Shown: in pieces, positions 16,720 through 25,524 of the stretch | Layout of the letters: each line of letters begins with the position of its first letter | How positions within the stretch are numbered: position 1 is the stretch's first letter | DNA from: an uncultured Candidatus Saccharibacteria bacterium | Lineage (GTDB): Bacteria; Patescibacteriota; Saccharimonadia; Saccharimonadales; SZUA-47 | Assembly: GCA_964451085.1 (NCBI GenBank) | Contig: CAYVHE010000002.1 | Coordinates: 1-35,567, forward strand | Reading direction: 5' to 3' | Length of the DNA: 35,567 bases | Made by a program: the position numbers and the translations under genes | The notes under the pieces: generated by a model | Database searches by the model: none | Told to the model about the DNA's origin: nothing | The model's input: only the letters and a program-made list of their open reading frames with translations

Positions 16720-16775
16720 CCCAGGGAGCTTCCTTGCATAGCGGGAATTGATGGTTATGCAAGCTGGGTCTTTTT
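16720..16775 (+). terminator. Rho-independent terminator of the gap-rpiB unit
   Basis: CCCAG 16720-16724 / CTGGG 16764-16768 and CTTGCATA 16733-16740 / TATGCAAG 16756-16763, followed by TCTTTTT 16769-16775. Confidence 0.65.
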
Positions 16776-16812
16776 AATCTCATAGAGTTTAGTGGTCACA
16801 AATCATAAAGTG

Positions 16813-16818
16813 TATAAT
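16813..16818 (+). promoter_or_regulatory. -10 box TATAAT, 9 nt upstream of the rpe-like ATG
   Basis: GTGTATAATTGAAGAAGTATG. It lies just downstream of the terminator at 16720-16775. Confidence 0.5.
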
Positions 16819-16827
16819 TGAAGAAGT

Positions 16828-17463
16828 ATGGTATCTAAGAAAATATTCCCAACAATAACTACGGATAATGCACACGAATATCGTCAACAAATGGAGATGA
16901 TATCTAGCTATGCCGACGGAGTGCATATAGATTTTTCTGATAACGTATTTGCACCGACCAAAATGTTACCTCCTATGGAATCTTGGAGGATTGAGGGTGT
17001 AGAAACTCACGCCCATGTAATGTGCCAGAAACCGATGCTAGTTATTCAGGATTTAGTAAATTTAGCTCCAGATATAGTGATATTACATGTTGAGTCAGAT
17101 GCTGTTGCTGGGGCGATAAATATTATAAATGATAATTCTATAGGAGTAGGACTAGCTATTCTACCGGATACCAAGATTGAACGTTTGCTTGAAATAGATG
17201 TGAAAAAATACGTAAAACATATACTAGTTTTTGGCGGTCATCTAGGGTACCAGGGCGGAAATGCCGACTTATCGCAATTAGAGAAAGTTAAAGTTATAAA
17301 AAGGTTATATCCTAATATAGAAATAGGCTGGGATGGCGGCATCAATGATTCTAACATTTCTAGGTTATCTAGCGCCGGAGTTAGCGTATTTAATATTGGT
17401 GGCTTTCTGAAAAAATCTGAACACCCTCAAATCACTTATAAAATGCTTAAAACTTTGCTATAA
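16828..17463 (+). CDS. rpe: Ribulose-phosphate 3-epimerase family protein (divergent)
   Basis: Hand alignment to E. coli Rpe blocks: GVHIDFSDNVFAP vs VVHFDVMDNHYVP; HAHVMCQKP vs DVHLMVKP; GLAILPDT vs GLVFNPAT; IEIGWDGGIN vs LEVDGGVK. Candidate metal and catalytic His/Asp residues are retained, but the intervening sequence is divergent. Confidence 0.6.
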   Translation: MVSKKIFPTITTDNAHEYRQQMEMISSYADGVHIDFSDNVFAPTKMLPPMESWRIEGVETHAHVMCQKPMLVIQDLVNLAPDIVILHVESDAVAGAINIINDNSIGVGLAILPDTKIERLLEIDVKKYVKHILVFGGHLGYQGGNADLSQLEKVKVIKRLYPNIEIGWDGGINDSNISRLSSAGVSVFNIGGFLKKSEHPQITYKMLKTLL

Positions 17464-17476
17464 TCATAAGCAGATT

Positions 17477-18379
17477 ATGGCAAAAAATTATAATGACAAA
17501 ACGCGTTCTATTGAGGATCTTGAAAATATAGCGATTGACATCAGACAAGATATTATTAAGAGTCTAGAACACGCAGGGAGTGGTCATAGCGCTGGACCTC
17601 TCGGTTTGGCAGACATCTTAACCGCATTATATTTTGACGTATTAAAGCACGACCCCAAAGATCCGTCATGGGATCAAAGGGATATTTTTATGTTAAGTAA
17701 TGGTCATTGTGTACCAGTACAATATGTTGCTATGGCGCATGCAGGGTATTTTCCTAAATCGGAACTTATGACCCTCCGTAAATTTAAGAGTAGGCTTCAG
17801 GGTCATCCAGAGAGACGATTGCTACCTGGTTTAGAAACGACTAGCGGTCCTCTGGGCTGTGGGTTGGGTCAGGCTATTGGTATGGGTTTGGCTATGCGCA
17901 TGAACAAAGAGTCTCATCGATGGGTCTACGTAGTTATGGGAGACGGCGAACTTGATGAAGGTAATATTTGGGAATCGGCAATGCTAGCCTCTAAATACAA
18001 ACTTAGCAATGTTATTGGTATTGTTGATAGAAATAATATACAGATTGACGGCACCACAGAACACGTCATGCCTTTAGAGGATTTGAGAGCTAAGTGGGAG
18101 TCTTTCGGTTGGCACGTTATTGAGATTGATGGGAACGACGTAGAAGCTGTTATAGATGCCTGCTCTATGGCGAGAGCAATTGTCGAAAAACCAATAGTTA
18201 TAATAGCGCATACAGTGCCTGGTAAAGGTGTAGATTTTATGGAATACGACTATCATTGGCACGGGATGCCAGTAGGCCTGAAGGATGTTGGAGGTGCGCC
18301 TCCGAAAAATGATCAGGCTAGAGTTGCACTAAAGGAACTGCGTACTTTAAAGGGGAAGATTAGGAATGAACATGAGTAA
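17477..18379 (+). CDS. tkt: Transketolase, N-terminal (TPP-binding) subunit
   Basis: GSGHSAGPLGLADILTALYF, MGDGELDEGNIWESA. At 300 aa this is the split-gene form. Confidence 0.92.
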   Translation: MAKNYNDKTRSIEDLENIAIDIRQDIIKSLEHAGSGHSAGPLGLADILTALYFDVLKHDPKDPSWDQRDIFMLSNGHCVPVQYVAMAHAGYFPKSELMTLRKFKSRLQGHPERRLLPGLETTSGPLGCGLGQAIGMGLAMRMNKESHRWVYVVMGDGELDEGNIWESAMLASKYKLSNVIGIVDRNNIQIDGTTEHVMPLEDLRAKWESFGWHVIEIDGNDVEAVIDACSMARAIVEKPIVIIAHTVPGKGVDFMEYDYHWHGMPVGLKDVGGAPPKNDQARVALKELRTLKGKIRNEHE

Positions 18380-18496
18380 CGCTCGGAATACTACCTTTAG
18401 ACACCGTTACGCGCAGAGTATCAAATACTCTGGCTGCACTTCGCTTTTAGTATCTAGTAATAACAAAACGTATCTTAGTTTAGATAAGGCGGAGCT

Positions 18497-19465
18497 ATGA
18501 AAGGTATGTATATAGTAGACCACGGTAAATGGAAAAATGAGCCGATACGTAAAGGTTTTGGAAGAGGTTTAGTCAAAGCAGGCGAAAAAGACGAGCAGGT
18601 AGTTGCGTTATGTGCCGATCTTACAGAATCAACACAAATTGAACCATTTGCACTAGCCTTTCCAGAACGTTACGTTGAAATAGGTATTGCTGAACAAAAT
18701 ATGATCACGGTTGCTAGTGGTATGGCGGCCTTAGGCAAAATTCCTTTCACGTCAAGTTATGCAGCTTTTAACCCCGGTAGAAACTGGGAACAAATTAAAA
18801 CTACAGTTAGTCTAAATAACCAAAATGTCAAAATTGTTGGTGCACATGCCGGATTATATACTGGTCCAGACGGAGCCACTCACCAAATGCTAGAAGATGT
18901 TGGCTTGATGCGTGTTATGCCAAATATGGTAGTCATAGTACCCGGAGATAGTGTAGAAGCAGAAAAAGCTACTTTAGCTATCGCAAAAGATAAGAGGCCG
19001 GCATACTTACGCTTGGCACGTGATAATTCGCCAATTTTTACTGCGTTAGAATCGCCTTTTGAGATTGGAAAAGCCTATGTTCTTGTTGAAGGGTCTGATG
19101 TAACAATTATTGCCAATGGTACTATGACCTCCGTTGCTCTGCAAGCGGCAGAAAAATTATTTAGGAATGGCATAGACGCTGAAATTATCCACTGTCCAAC
19201 TGTAAAACCACTCGACGGTGCAAAAATACTAGCCAGCGTAAAAAAAACTAAGCACGTAATTACTATTGAAGAAGCACAAATAAACTGCGGACTTGGTAGT
19301 GCGGTGGCAGAATTAGTCAGCGAGCACAACCCAGTGCCACTCGTACGGATGGGTGTTAAAGATACTTATGGTCAATCTGGTACTGTTGCTGAATTGCTTG
19401 AGCATTATGGACTAACTCCTAAACATGTAATGCTAACCGCAGAAAGTTTACTGAATAGAAAGTAA
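18497..19465 (+). CDS. tkt: Transketolase, C-terminal (pyrimidine-binding) subunit
   Basis: FPERYVEIGIAEQNMITVASGMA, GATHQMLEDVGLMR. The start is ATG at 18497 or 18506, after GGCGGAG. Confidence 0.92.
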   Translation: MKGMYIVDHGKWKNEPIRKGFGRGLVKAGEKDEQVVALCADLTESTQIEPFALAFPERYVEIGIAEQNMITVASGMAALGKIPFTSSYAAFNPGRNWEQIKTTVSLNNQNVKIVGAHAGLYTGPDGATHQMLEDVGLMRVMPNMVVIVPGDSVEAEKATLAIAKDKRPAYLRLARDNSPIFTALESPFEIGKAYVLVEGSDVTIIANGTMTSVALQAAEKLFRNGIDAEIIHCPTVKPLDGAKILASVKKTKHVITIEEAQINCGLGSAVAELVSEHNPVPLVRMGVKDTYGQSGTVAELLEHYGLTPKHVMLTAESLLNRK

Positions 19466-19479
19466 TCTAATAAAAAGAG

Positions 19480-19508
19480 TTGTCAGTATAAACGTAAGCA
19501 GTTACAAT
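19480..19508 (+). promoter_or_regulatory. Sigma-70-type promoter TTGTCA-17-TACAAT
   Basis: TTGTCA 19480-19485, a 17-nt spacer, TACAAT 19503-19508, then AAGGTGGG before the ATG at 19533. Confidence 0.6.
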
Positions 19509-19532
19509 AGAGTGAAATAAGGTGGGAAAAAT

Positions 19533-20447
19533 ATGGCTTTGTCGATAAATCAGATTCGTAGAAATTGTCAGAACGCGAGAGCTCTAATGGATAGAGCTAA
19601 AACAGAAAAGTTTGCTGTTGGTGCGTTTAATTTAGATAATCAAGAAACTTTAATTGCAGTTACTAGAGCTGCACAAAAAATGAACTCCCCAGTACTTGTC
19701 GAAGTCAGTAAGAGTGAAGTTAAATCAATTGGCCTAGAAAACGTTCGTGATATGGTTGACAATTACGCGCGTGAGTTCGGCGTTGAGATGTACGTTAATC
19801 TTGACCATAGCCCAAGTGTTGAAGATGCGATAGAAGGGATTGAAGCAGGTTATGAGTTTATTCATATAGACGTTAGTCAAGCAAATCACGACGCCTCGCA
19901 TGAGGAAATCGTTGATGCAACTAAGCAGGTTGTTCAGTACGCTAAATTCACCGGAGCTCTGGTTGAAAGTGAACCACATTATTTTGGAGGTGGTAGCAAT
20001 GTTTTTACTGAAGCTTTCGATTTTGAAGAAATTAAGAAATCCTTTTCTACCCCAGAATCTGCAGCAGAGTTTGTAAATGCTACTGGTATTGACACCTTTG
20101 CTGCTGCAATAGGCAACCTGCACGGCTCCTATCCAATACCAAAAGTTCTTGATATTAAATTACTAGGGCGTATTAGAGACGCTATTCAATGCAATATTAG
20201 TTTGCATGGTGGTAGCGGAACGCCGGGACATTATTTTGAGGAAGCTGTAAAGATTGGCGTCCAAAAAATCAATATCAACAGCGATATGAGAAAGAAATAT
20301 CGGGAAACTTTAGAAAAAGTCTTAGCAGAAAACAAAACTCAATATGCAGTCGTAAAGCTGATGGGTGAAGTAGAGGCTGCAGTTCAAGAAGTAGTGGAAT
20401 CTAAAATAGCTTTATTTAATAGTGCAGGAAAGGCAAAGGTTAATTAG
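19533..20447 (+). CDS. fba: Class II fructose/tagatose-bisphosphate aldolase
   Basis: FAVGAFN, NLDHS, HIDVS, SLHGGSG, KININSDMR. Confidence 0.88.
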   Translation: MALSINQIRRNCQNARALMDRAKTEKFAVGAFNLDNQETLIAVTRAAQKMNSPVLVEVSKSEVKSIGLENVRDMVDNYAREFGVEMYVNLDHSPSVEDAIEGIEAGYEFIHIDVSQANHDASHEEIVDATKQVVQYAKFTGALVESEPHYFGGGSNVFTEAFDFEEIKKSFSTPESAAEFVNATGIDTFAAAIGNLHGSYPIPKVLDIKLLGRIRDAIQCNISLHGGSGTPGHYFEEAVKIGVQKININSDMRKKYRETLEKVLAENKTQYAVVKLMGEVEAAVQEVVESKIALFNSAGKAKVN

Positions 20448-20449
20448 TT

Positions 20450-21460
20450 ATGAGTCAACATAAAAAACTAGACGTACTAGCGGTTGGGGATGTAGTTATA
20501 GATGATTTTATTAAATTGTATGATGATCAGGCATGGGTAGAAGATCGTGACGGTAAGCAGATACTATCAATGGAGTTTGGAACGAAATTACCCTTTGAAA
20601 GCGATCAAGCTGTTTACGCGGTAGGCAATGCAGCTAATTCTGCAGTTGCTTTTTCTAGGCTCGGACTAGAGACTGGTTTCGTCACAAATATTGGCGACGA
20701 TCAAAGAGGCGTAGATATTGCTGCTGCTCTGAAAAAAGAAAAGGTAGACAGTCGATTTGTGCATGTTAACCCTGGCATGGTTAGTAACTATCATTTTGTC
20801 CTACGTTACAAAGAAGAACGTACAATTTTAATAAAACATGAAGAGTATGACTACCATTGGCCTAGATTTAGAGATAATGATGTCCCAAAATGGGTATACT
20901 TCAGCTCTATTAGCGAAAAGGCCATCGAGCACTATCATGATGATGTTGTTGAATGGCTCAAAGATAATCCTGATGTAAAACTTGCCTTTCAGCCTGGAAC
21001 TTTCCAGATGGAGGCCGGTATAGATAAGCTACGACCACTATACGCTCGTAGTGACGTCGTTGCCCTGAATAGAGAAGAGGCAACGGAAGTGTTTAAGGGT
21101 AATCACGAAGATATGCATGATTTATTGAATAAGATGCATGAGGTTGGTATCAAAATTGCCTTAATTACAGATGGCCCAAATGGCGCCTATGCCTCAGATG
21201 GTAATAAGCGTTGGAGCATGCCTCTATATCCAGATCCAGCCCCTCCGGTTGATCGTACCGGTGCTGGAGATTCTTTTGCCACAACCTTTACAGCCGCATT
21301 AATGAAGGGTGCAGATGTACCTAGTGCGCTACTGTGGGCACCAATAAACTCAATGAATGTTGTTCAGCATCTAGGAGCGCAAGAGGGCTTGTTGTCTGAA
21401 TCCCAAATTGACTATTATATGCGAAACGCGCCTAGTAATTATCACCCAACAGAAATGTAG
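20450..21460 (+). CDS. PfkB/ribokinase-family carbohydrate (or nucleoside) kinase
   Basis: N-terminal LAVGDVVID and the C-terminal signature DRTGAGDSFATTFTAAL. Substrate cannot be assigned from sequence alone. Confidence 0.85.
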   Translation: MSQHKKLDVLAVGDVVIDDFIKLYDDQAWVEDRDGKQILSMEFGTKLPFESDQAVYAVGNAANSAVAFSRLGLETGFVTNIGDDQRGVDIAAALKKEKVDSRFVHVNPGMVSNYHFVLRYKEERTILIKHEEYDYHWPRFRDNDVPKWVYFSSISEKAIEHYHDDVVEWLKDNPDVKLAFQPGTFQMEAGIDKLRPLYARSDVVALNREEATEVFKGNHEDMHDLLNKMHEVGIKIALITDGPNGAYASDGNKRWSMPLYPDPAPPVDRTGAGDSFATTFTAALMKGADVPSALLWAPINSMNVVQHLGAQEGLLSESQIDYYMRNAPSNYHPTEM

Positions 21461-21465
21461 ACCTA

Positions 21466-22677
21466 ATGTCTAAGTTAATTGCCGATTTACTTGGGGTAGA
21501 TGTTAGAAATCTACAGTCAATGACTGGTCGGTTGGAGCATATGCTTTTGACTCCTGGTGTTGACGTAAGACTTACTGCAGAAATAATTACTAATACTAGG
21601 GAAAAAATCCGTTCGTTAGGGCTGGATCCAGCTGATACTAAACCTGAGGAATTCTATTTTGCTCTGCTTGCTAAAGCTAAGAAATGCGACATATTGCTTC
21701 GCGCCAAATTTGATATTAACTCAAAAACTGAAACTTCAGAAGTATCAAAAATAATAGCCCACCAATGTGAAAAGAAGCTCGAGACAAACGTAGTTGCTTG
21801 TATAGACAGTAAATCAGTCAGAGCCATTCTTAAATCAGTCCCACCAAAAAAAACTCTAAAAGCATTAAAATTTAGATCTATTGAGTCAGTTCTTAAACGT
21901 GAAGACCCTAGGGTTTTGTATTCACTAGCCAAAATTTTAGAAGACAAATCTTGGCATACCCAAGCCCACGCACGCTTAAAACGCTTAAATAGCCGTGATA
22001 TTCACGAAACTCAGATATCTGTTTTATCTTTTCCTCAGAGTTGGATGGATAAGATGACTAATAAGACTTTTAATAAGGCAGTTGTTAAGATTCCTGAAAT
22101 TGGTTCCGTAGTTATAATGCCAAATCAGTCTTCTGCTTTGGCTGGGTCGGTTTTACTATTGTCCTCTGTAATCATACAAACTGCTCAGCAAATGTCGATA
22201 GAATCTTTACCCTACCGTATGCAATCTTTATCAACCGGAATCGAGAAACTCATTCCTTTAGTAGCAAAAGGTGTCTCTGTTAAATTAGATACTATTCACG
22301 GGCTCCAACCTACATGGAGAGCAGTATATAGATTAGTCGCTACTCAGAGCAGAGCTTTGCTACCAGATTTTGAATTCTTAATAGGTGATCTTGACTGGGA
22401 AACGACAGAGGTAAAGCTGGCTAGTATAGTTCCGGAAATAGATTTCTGGGTAAATTCTAACTACCTTGGAACAAGTCTTGGTGACATTGTAACCTCCCTA
22501 CATTTAGTTGATGTGTCTGCTAACTTAACTATGAAGCGCTCTTACATGAATCAAATCAAAGCTCACATGAGGTCTAGTTTGAGTAATGAGTTACAGTTGA
22601 GATATTTAAGGCACGAAGTTATGGAGAGATCGATAGTGAATCAGCTCTCGGCTCTGCAAGGGTTAAGAAATGTCTAA
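21466..22677 (+). CDS. Hypothetical protein, 403 aa, no recognisable domain
   Basis: A long uninterrupted ORF 5 nt after the pfkB stop, with no SD (likely coupled translation). There is no TM helix, signal peptide or catalytic motif that I can name. Confidence 0.6.
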   Translation: MSKLIADLLGVDVRNLQSMTGRLEHMLLTPGVDVRLTAEIITNTREKIRSLGLDPADTKPEEFYFALLAKAKKCDILLRAKFDINSKTETSEVSKIIAHQCEKKLETNVVACIDSKSVRAILKSVPPKKTLKALKFRSIESVLKREDPRVLYSLAKILEDKSWHTQAHARLKRLNSRDIHETQISVLSFPQSWMDKMTNKTFNKAVVKIPEIGSVVIMPNQSSALAGSVLLLSSVIIQTAQQMSIESLPYRMQSLSTGIEKLIPLVAKGVSVKLDTIHGLQPTWRAVYRLVATQSRALLPDFEFLIGDLDWETTEVKLASIVPEIDFWVNSNYLGTSLGDIVTSLHLVDVSANLTMKRSYMNQIKAHMRSSLSNELQLRYLRHEVMERSIVNQLSALQGLRNV

Positions 22678-22680
22678 TTA

Positions 22681-22689
22681 TGCTATAAT
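22681..22689 (+). promoter_or_regulatory. Extended -10 promoter TGCTATAAT
   Basis: TGc + TATAAT (22684-22689), immediately after the stop of the 403-aa gene. The leader has AAAGGTG before the ATG at 22729. Confidence 0.5.
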
Positions 22690-22728
22690 GCTTATGAATT
22701 TATACATACATAAAAAAGGTGAAAAATT

Positions 22729-23385
22729 ATGAAGTATTCAATATGTGTATCAGGAGCAGCCGCCGGTAAATCTGTTGATGAATCATGCGGCTTAGGCTAT
22801 AAATTAGGTGTAGAAATAGCAAAATCTGGCCATATACTGACTACAGGGGCAACAGTAGGACTACCTCTTTATGCCGCAAAAGGCGCTATGGATAATAATG
22901 GTGTAAGCATAGGTTTCAGCCCAGCAGCATCTCTAAGAGAGCATGTTAAGAAATACCGATTACCAATAGGATTTTATACATATGTGAATTTTACAGGGAT
23001 GCATTATATTGGAAGAGACATTCATCTAGTACAGAGTAGTGATGCGGTTATAACGATAGGGGGCCGTATGGGCTCTTTGCATGAGTTCACTACTGCTATC
23101 GAGGCTCATATGCCATGTGGTGTTTTATTGGGGTCTGGAGGGCTTGCTGATGCTATACCAGGAATAATTGAACAGTTAGAGTTACCAGCTGGCAGTATTG
23201 TGCTTTTTGATACTGATCCTGTTGCTTTAGTTAAGAAAATTGTCTCTGTATTAGACGAGCAAAACAAAGATATCAAAGTGGATAGCACAAAAGAAGAATG
23301 GATGGTAAAGGCTAGTGTATGCGACCCCTTGGCAGGTAAGCATGGTTTTAAGTCCGGGGCTCAACAATCCAACAGGATGGGCTAA
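22729..23385 (+). CDS. LOG/TIGR00725-like Rossmann-fold protein (possible nucleotide phosphoribohydrolase)
   Basis: ICVSGAAAG...LGVEIAKSGHILTTGATVGLPLYAAKGA...SSDAVITIGGRMGSLHEFTTA matches the LOG-family GGxGTxxE-type pattern. There is an extra C-terminal tail of about 45 aa. Confidence 0.6.
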   Translation: MKYSICVSGAAAGKSVDESCGLGYKLGVEIAKSGHILTTGATVGLPLYAAKGAMDNNGVSIGFSPAASLREHVKKYRLPIGFYTYVNFTGMHYIGRDIHLVQSSDAVITIGGRMGSLHEFTTAIEAHMPCGVLLGSGGLADAIPGIIEQLELPAGSIVLFDTDPVALVKKIVSVLDEQNKDIKVDSTKEEWMVKASVCDPLAGKHGFKSGAQQSNRMG

Positions 23386-23427
23386 GCTGGCGCTCTTGCA
23401 TATTGTAAAAATTCGCTGGCTCGTATC

Positions 23428-23436
23428 TGTTATAAT
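23428..23436 (+). promoter_or_regulatory. Extended -10 promoter TGTTATAAT, 8 nt upstream of the uvrB ATG
   Basis: TGt + TATAAT (23431-23436), ATG at 23445, no SD. Confidence 0.5.
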
Positions 23437-23444
23437 TAGTGTTA

Positions 23445-25418
23445 ATGAAATTTAAGTTAAAAAGTGATTTTAAACCTACTGGAGATCAACCAGAGGCAAT
23501 AAAAAAGCTAGTAAAAGGCCTTAATAAAGGCGTAAAATATCAGACTTTACTTGGTGTTACTGGATCGGGAAAGACTTTTACGGTTGCAAATGTTATAGAG
23601 AAAGTTCAAAAACCTACTCTAGTAATTTCTCATAATAAAACACTAGCTGCTCAGCTGTATGAAGAATTTAGAGCCTTTTTCCCAGACAACGCAGTTCATT
23701 ATTTTGTGAGTTATTTTGATTACTATCAACCAGAAGCTTACGTCCCGAGGAGTGATACATTTATTGAAAAAGACAGTGCTATTAACGAGGAAATAGACCG
23801 CATGCGGCACGCGGCCACGGACTCCCTGCTGTCTAGAAAAGATGTGATTATCGTAGCAAGTGTGAGCTGTATTTATGGCATAGGAAGCCCATCTGATTAC
23901 TCTGATTTATCAGTAACTATTATTGTAGGTGAGCGACGAGTTCGCGATAAGTTTATAAGGCAGCTAACTGATATACAATACGAAAGAAATGATATAGATT
24001 TTCATCGCGGGACATTTAGGGTACGCGGTGAAGTATTGGATATTTATCCAGCTGGAGAGGATGTGGCCTATAGAATTGAATTTTTTGGAGATGTTATTGA
24101 CAGGATATCTAAAATAGATCCATTGACGGGTGAAATATATAATAAGCCAAGCAGGATTACAATTTATCCGAGCTCTCATTACGTTACACCGCAAGATAAG
24201 TTGAAACATGCCTTAGTAAAAATAGACGATGAACTACAGGATAGGCTAAAGTTTTTTGAGAAATCGGGTAAATTGCTAGAAGCACAGCGTATAAAACAAA
24301 GGACCTCATTTGACTTAGAAATGCTTGAGCAAACCGGATTTGTTAAAGGAATCGAGAATTACAGCAGGTATTTAACTAACCGAGAAGAAGGCGAACAACC
24401 AGCAACACTCCTTGATTATTTTCCAGATGATTTCCTGCTTTGTGTAGACGAATCACACATGAGCATGCCTCAGATTAGGGGCATGTATAACGGGGATAGA
24501 GCAAGAAAAGAAGTCTTAGTTGATTATGGGTTTAGGTTACCTAGTGCTTTAGATAACAGACCTTTAACGTTTAGCGAATTTGAGAGACATGTAAATCAGG
24601 CCATCTATTTAAGTGCAACCCCAGCAGATTATGAGTTATCCAGAAGCGGCGAGCCGATCCAGCAGGTTATTAGACCAACTGGGCTTATTGACCCCAAGAT
24701 AGATATAAGACCCGTCGAGCATCAAGTAGATGATTTGATAGATGAAATAAGAAAAAAGGTAGAGAAACACCAAAGAGTTCTAGTGACTACTTTGACCAAA
24801 CGGATGTCTGAGGACCTAACAGATTATCTAAAAGAATTAAATGTCAAAGTAGCATATTTACATAGTGATGTAGATACTTTAGAAAGAACGGATATATTAA
24901 GAGACTTGCGTAGTGGTGTTTATGACGTTCTAGTCGGTATTAACTTGTTAAGAGAAGGGTTAGATTTACCGGAAGTAAGTCTAGTTGCGATTTTAGATGC
25001 CGATAAAGAAGGATTCCTAAGAAGTGAGCAAGCCCTAGTGCAGACTATCGGAAGGGCTGCAAGGCACATCGATGGTCGAGTGATAATGTACGCTGATGTT
25101 ATGACTAAGAGTATTAAGGCGGCCGTTTCAGAAACTGATAGAAGAAGAAAAATACAAGTAAAATACAATAAAGACAACGGTATAACGCCAAAAGGTATCA
25201 TAAAAGCTTTAGGGCAAGGGTTAGAAAGGACTACTACAAAATCTAAAACTGCTCATGAGAGATCTGGACTAAACCTAAAGAAAATCCCTAAAGAAGAATA
25301 CCCTCATCTTATAAAGGACCTAACTTCACAAATGGAGCTCGCTAGTGCTAACTTAGAGTTTGAGAAAGCGGCAGAACTCAGAGACTTAATACAGGATATA
25401 AATGATAAAACCGTATAG
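23445..25418 (+). CDS. uvrB: Excinuclease ABC subunit B
   Basis: [11 protein letters not shown], Walker [15 protein letters not shown] box, C-terminal UVR domain [14 protein letters not shown] at 23445 is preferred over GTG at 23439. Confidence 0.95.
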   Translation: MKFKLKSDFKPTGDQPEAIKKLVKGLNKGVKYQTLLGVTGSGKTFTVANVIEKVQKPTLVISHNKTLAAQLYEEFRAFFPDNAVHYFVSYFDYYQPEAYVPRSDTFIEKDSAINEEIDRMRHAATDSLLSRKDVIIVASVSCIYGIGSPSDYSDLSVTIIVGERRVRDKFIRQLTDIQYERNDIDFHRGTFRVRGEVLDIYPAGEDVAYRIEFFGDVIDRISKIDPLTGEIYNKPSRITIYPSSHYVTPQDKLKHALVKIDDELQDRLKFFEKSGKLLEAQRIKQRTSFDLEMLEQTGFVKGIENYSRYLTNREEGEQPATLLDYFPDDFLLCVDESHMSMPQIRGMYNGDRARKEVLVDYGFRLPSALDNRPLTFSEFERHVNQAIYLSATPADYELSRSGEPIQQVIRPTGLIDPKIDIRPVEHQVDDLIDEIRKKVEKHQRVLVTTLTKRMSEDLTDYLKELNVKVAYLHSDVDTLERTDILRDLRSGVYDVLVGINLLREGLDLPEVSLVAILDADKEGFLRSEQALVQTIGRAARHIDGRVIMYADVMTKSIKAAVSETDRRRKIQVKYNKDNGITPKGIIKALGQGLERTTTKSKTAHERSGLNLKKIPKEEYPHLIKDLTSQMELASANLEFEKAAELRDLIQDINDKTV

Positions 25419-25524
25419 CAGTAAATATTGAAATAAAACAGTTTTAATAGATTTTGAGCGTAGTAGTATATAATAAAATTATAAAGTTAACTTAATATGG
25501 GTGGGGTAAAAAGGGGCTTCGTTC

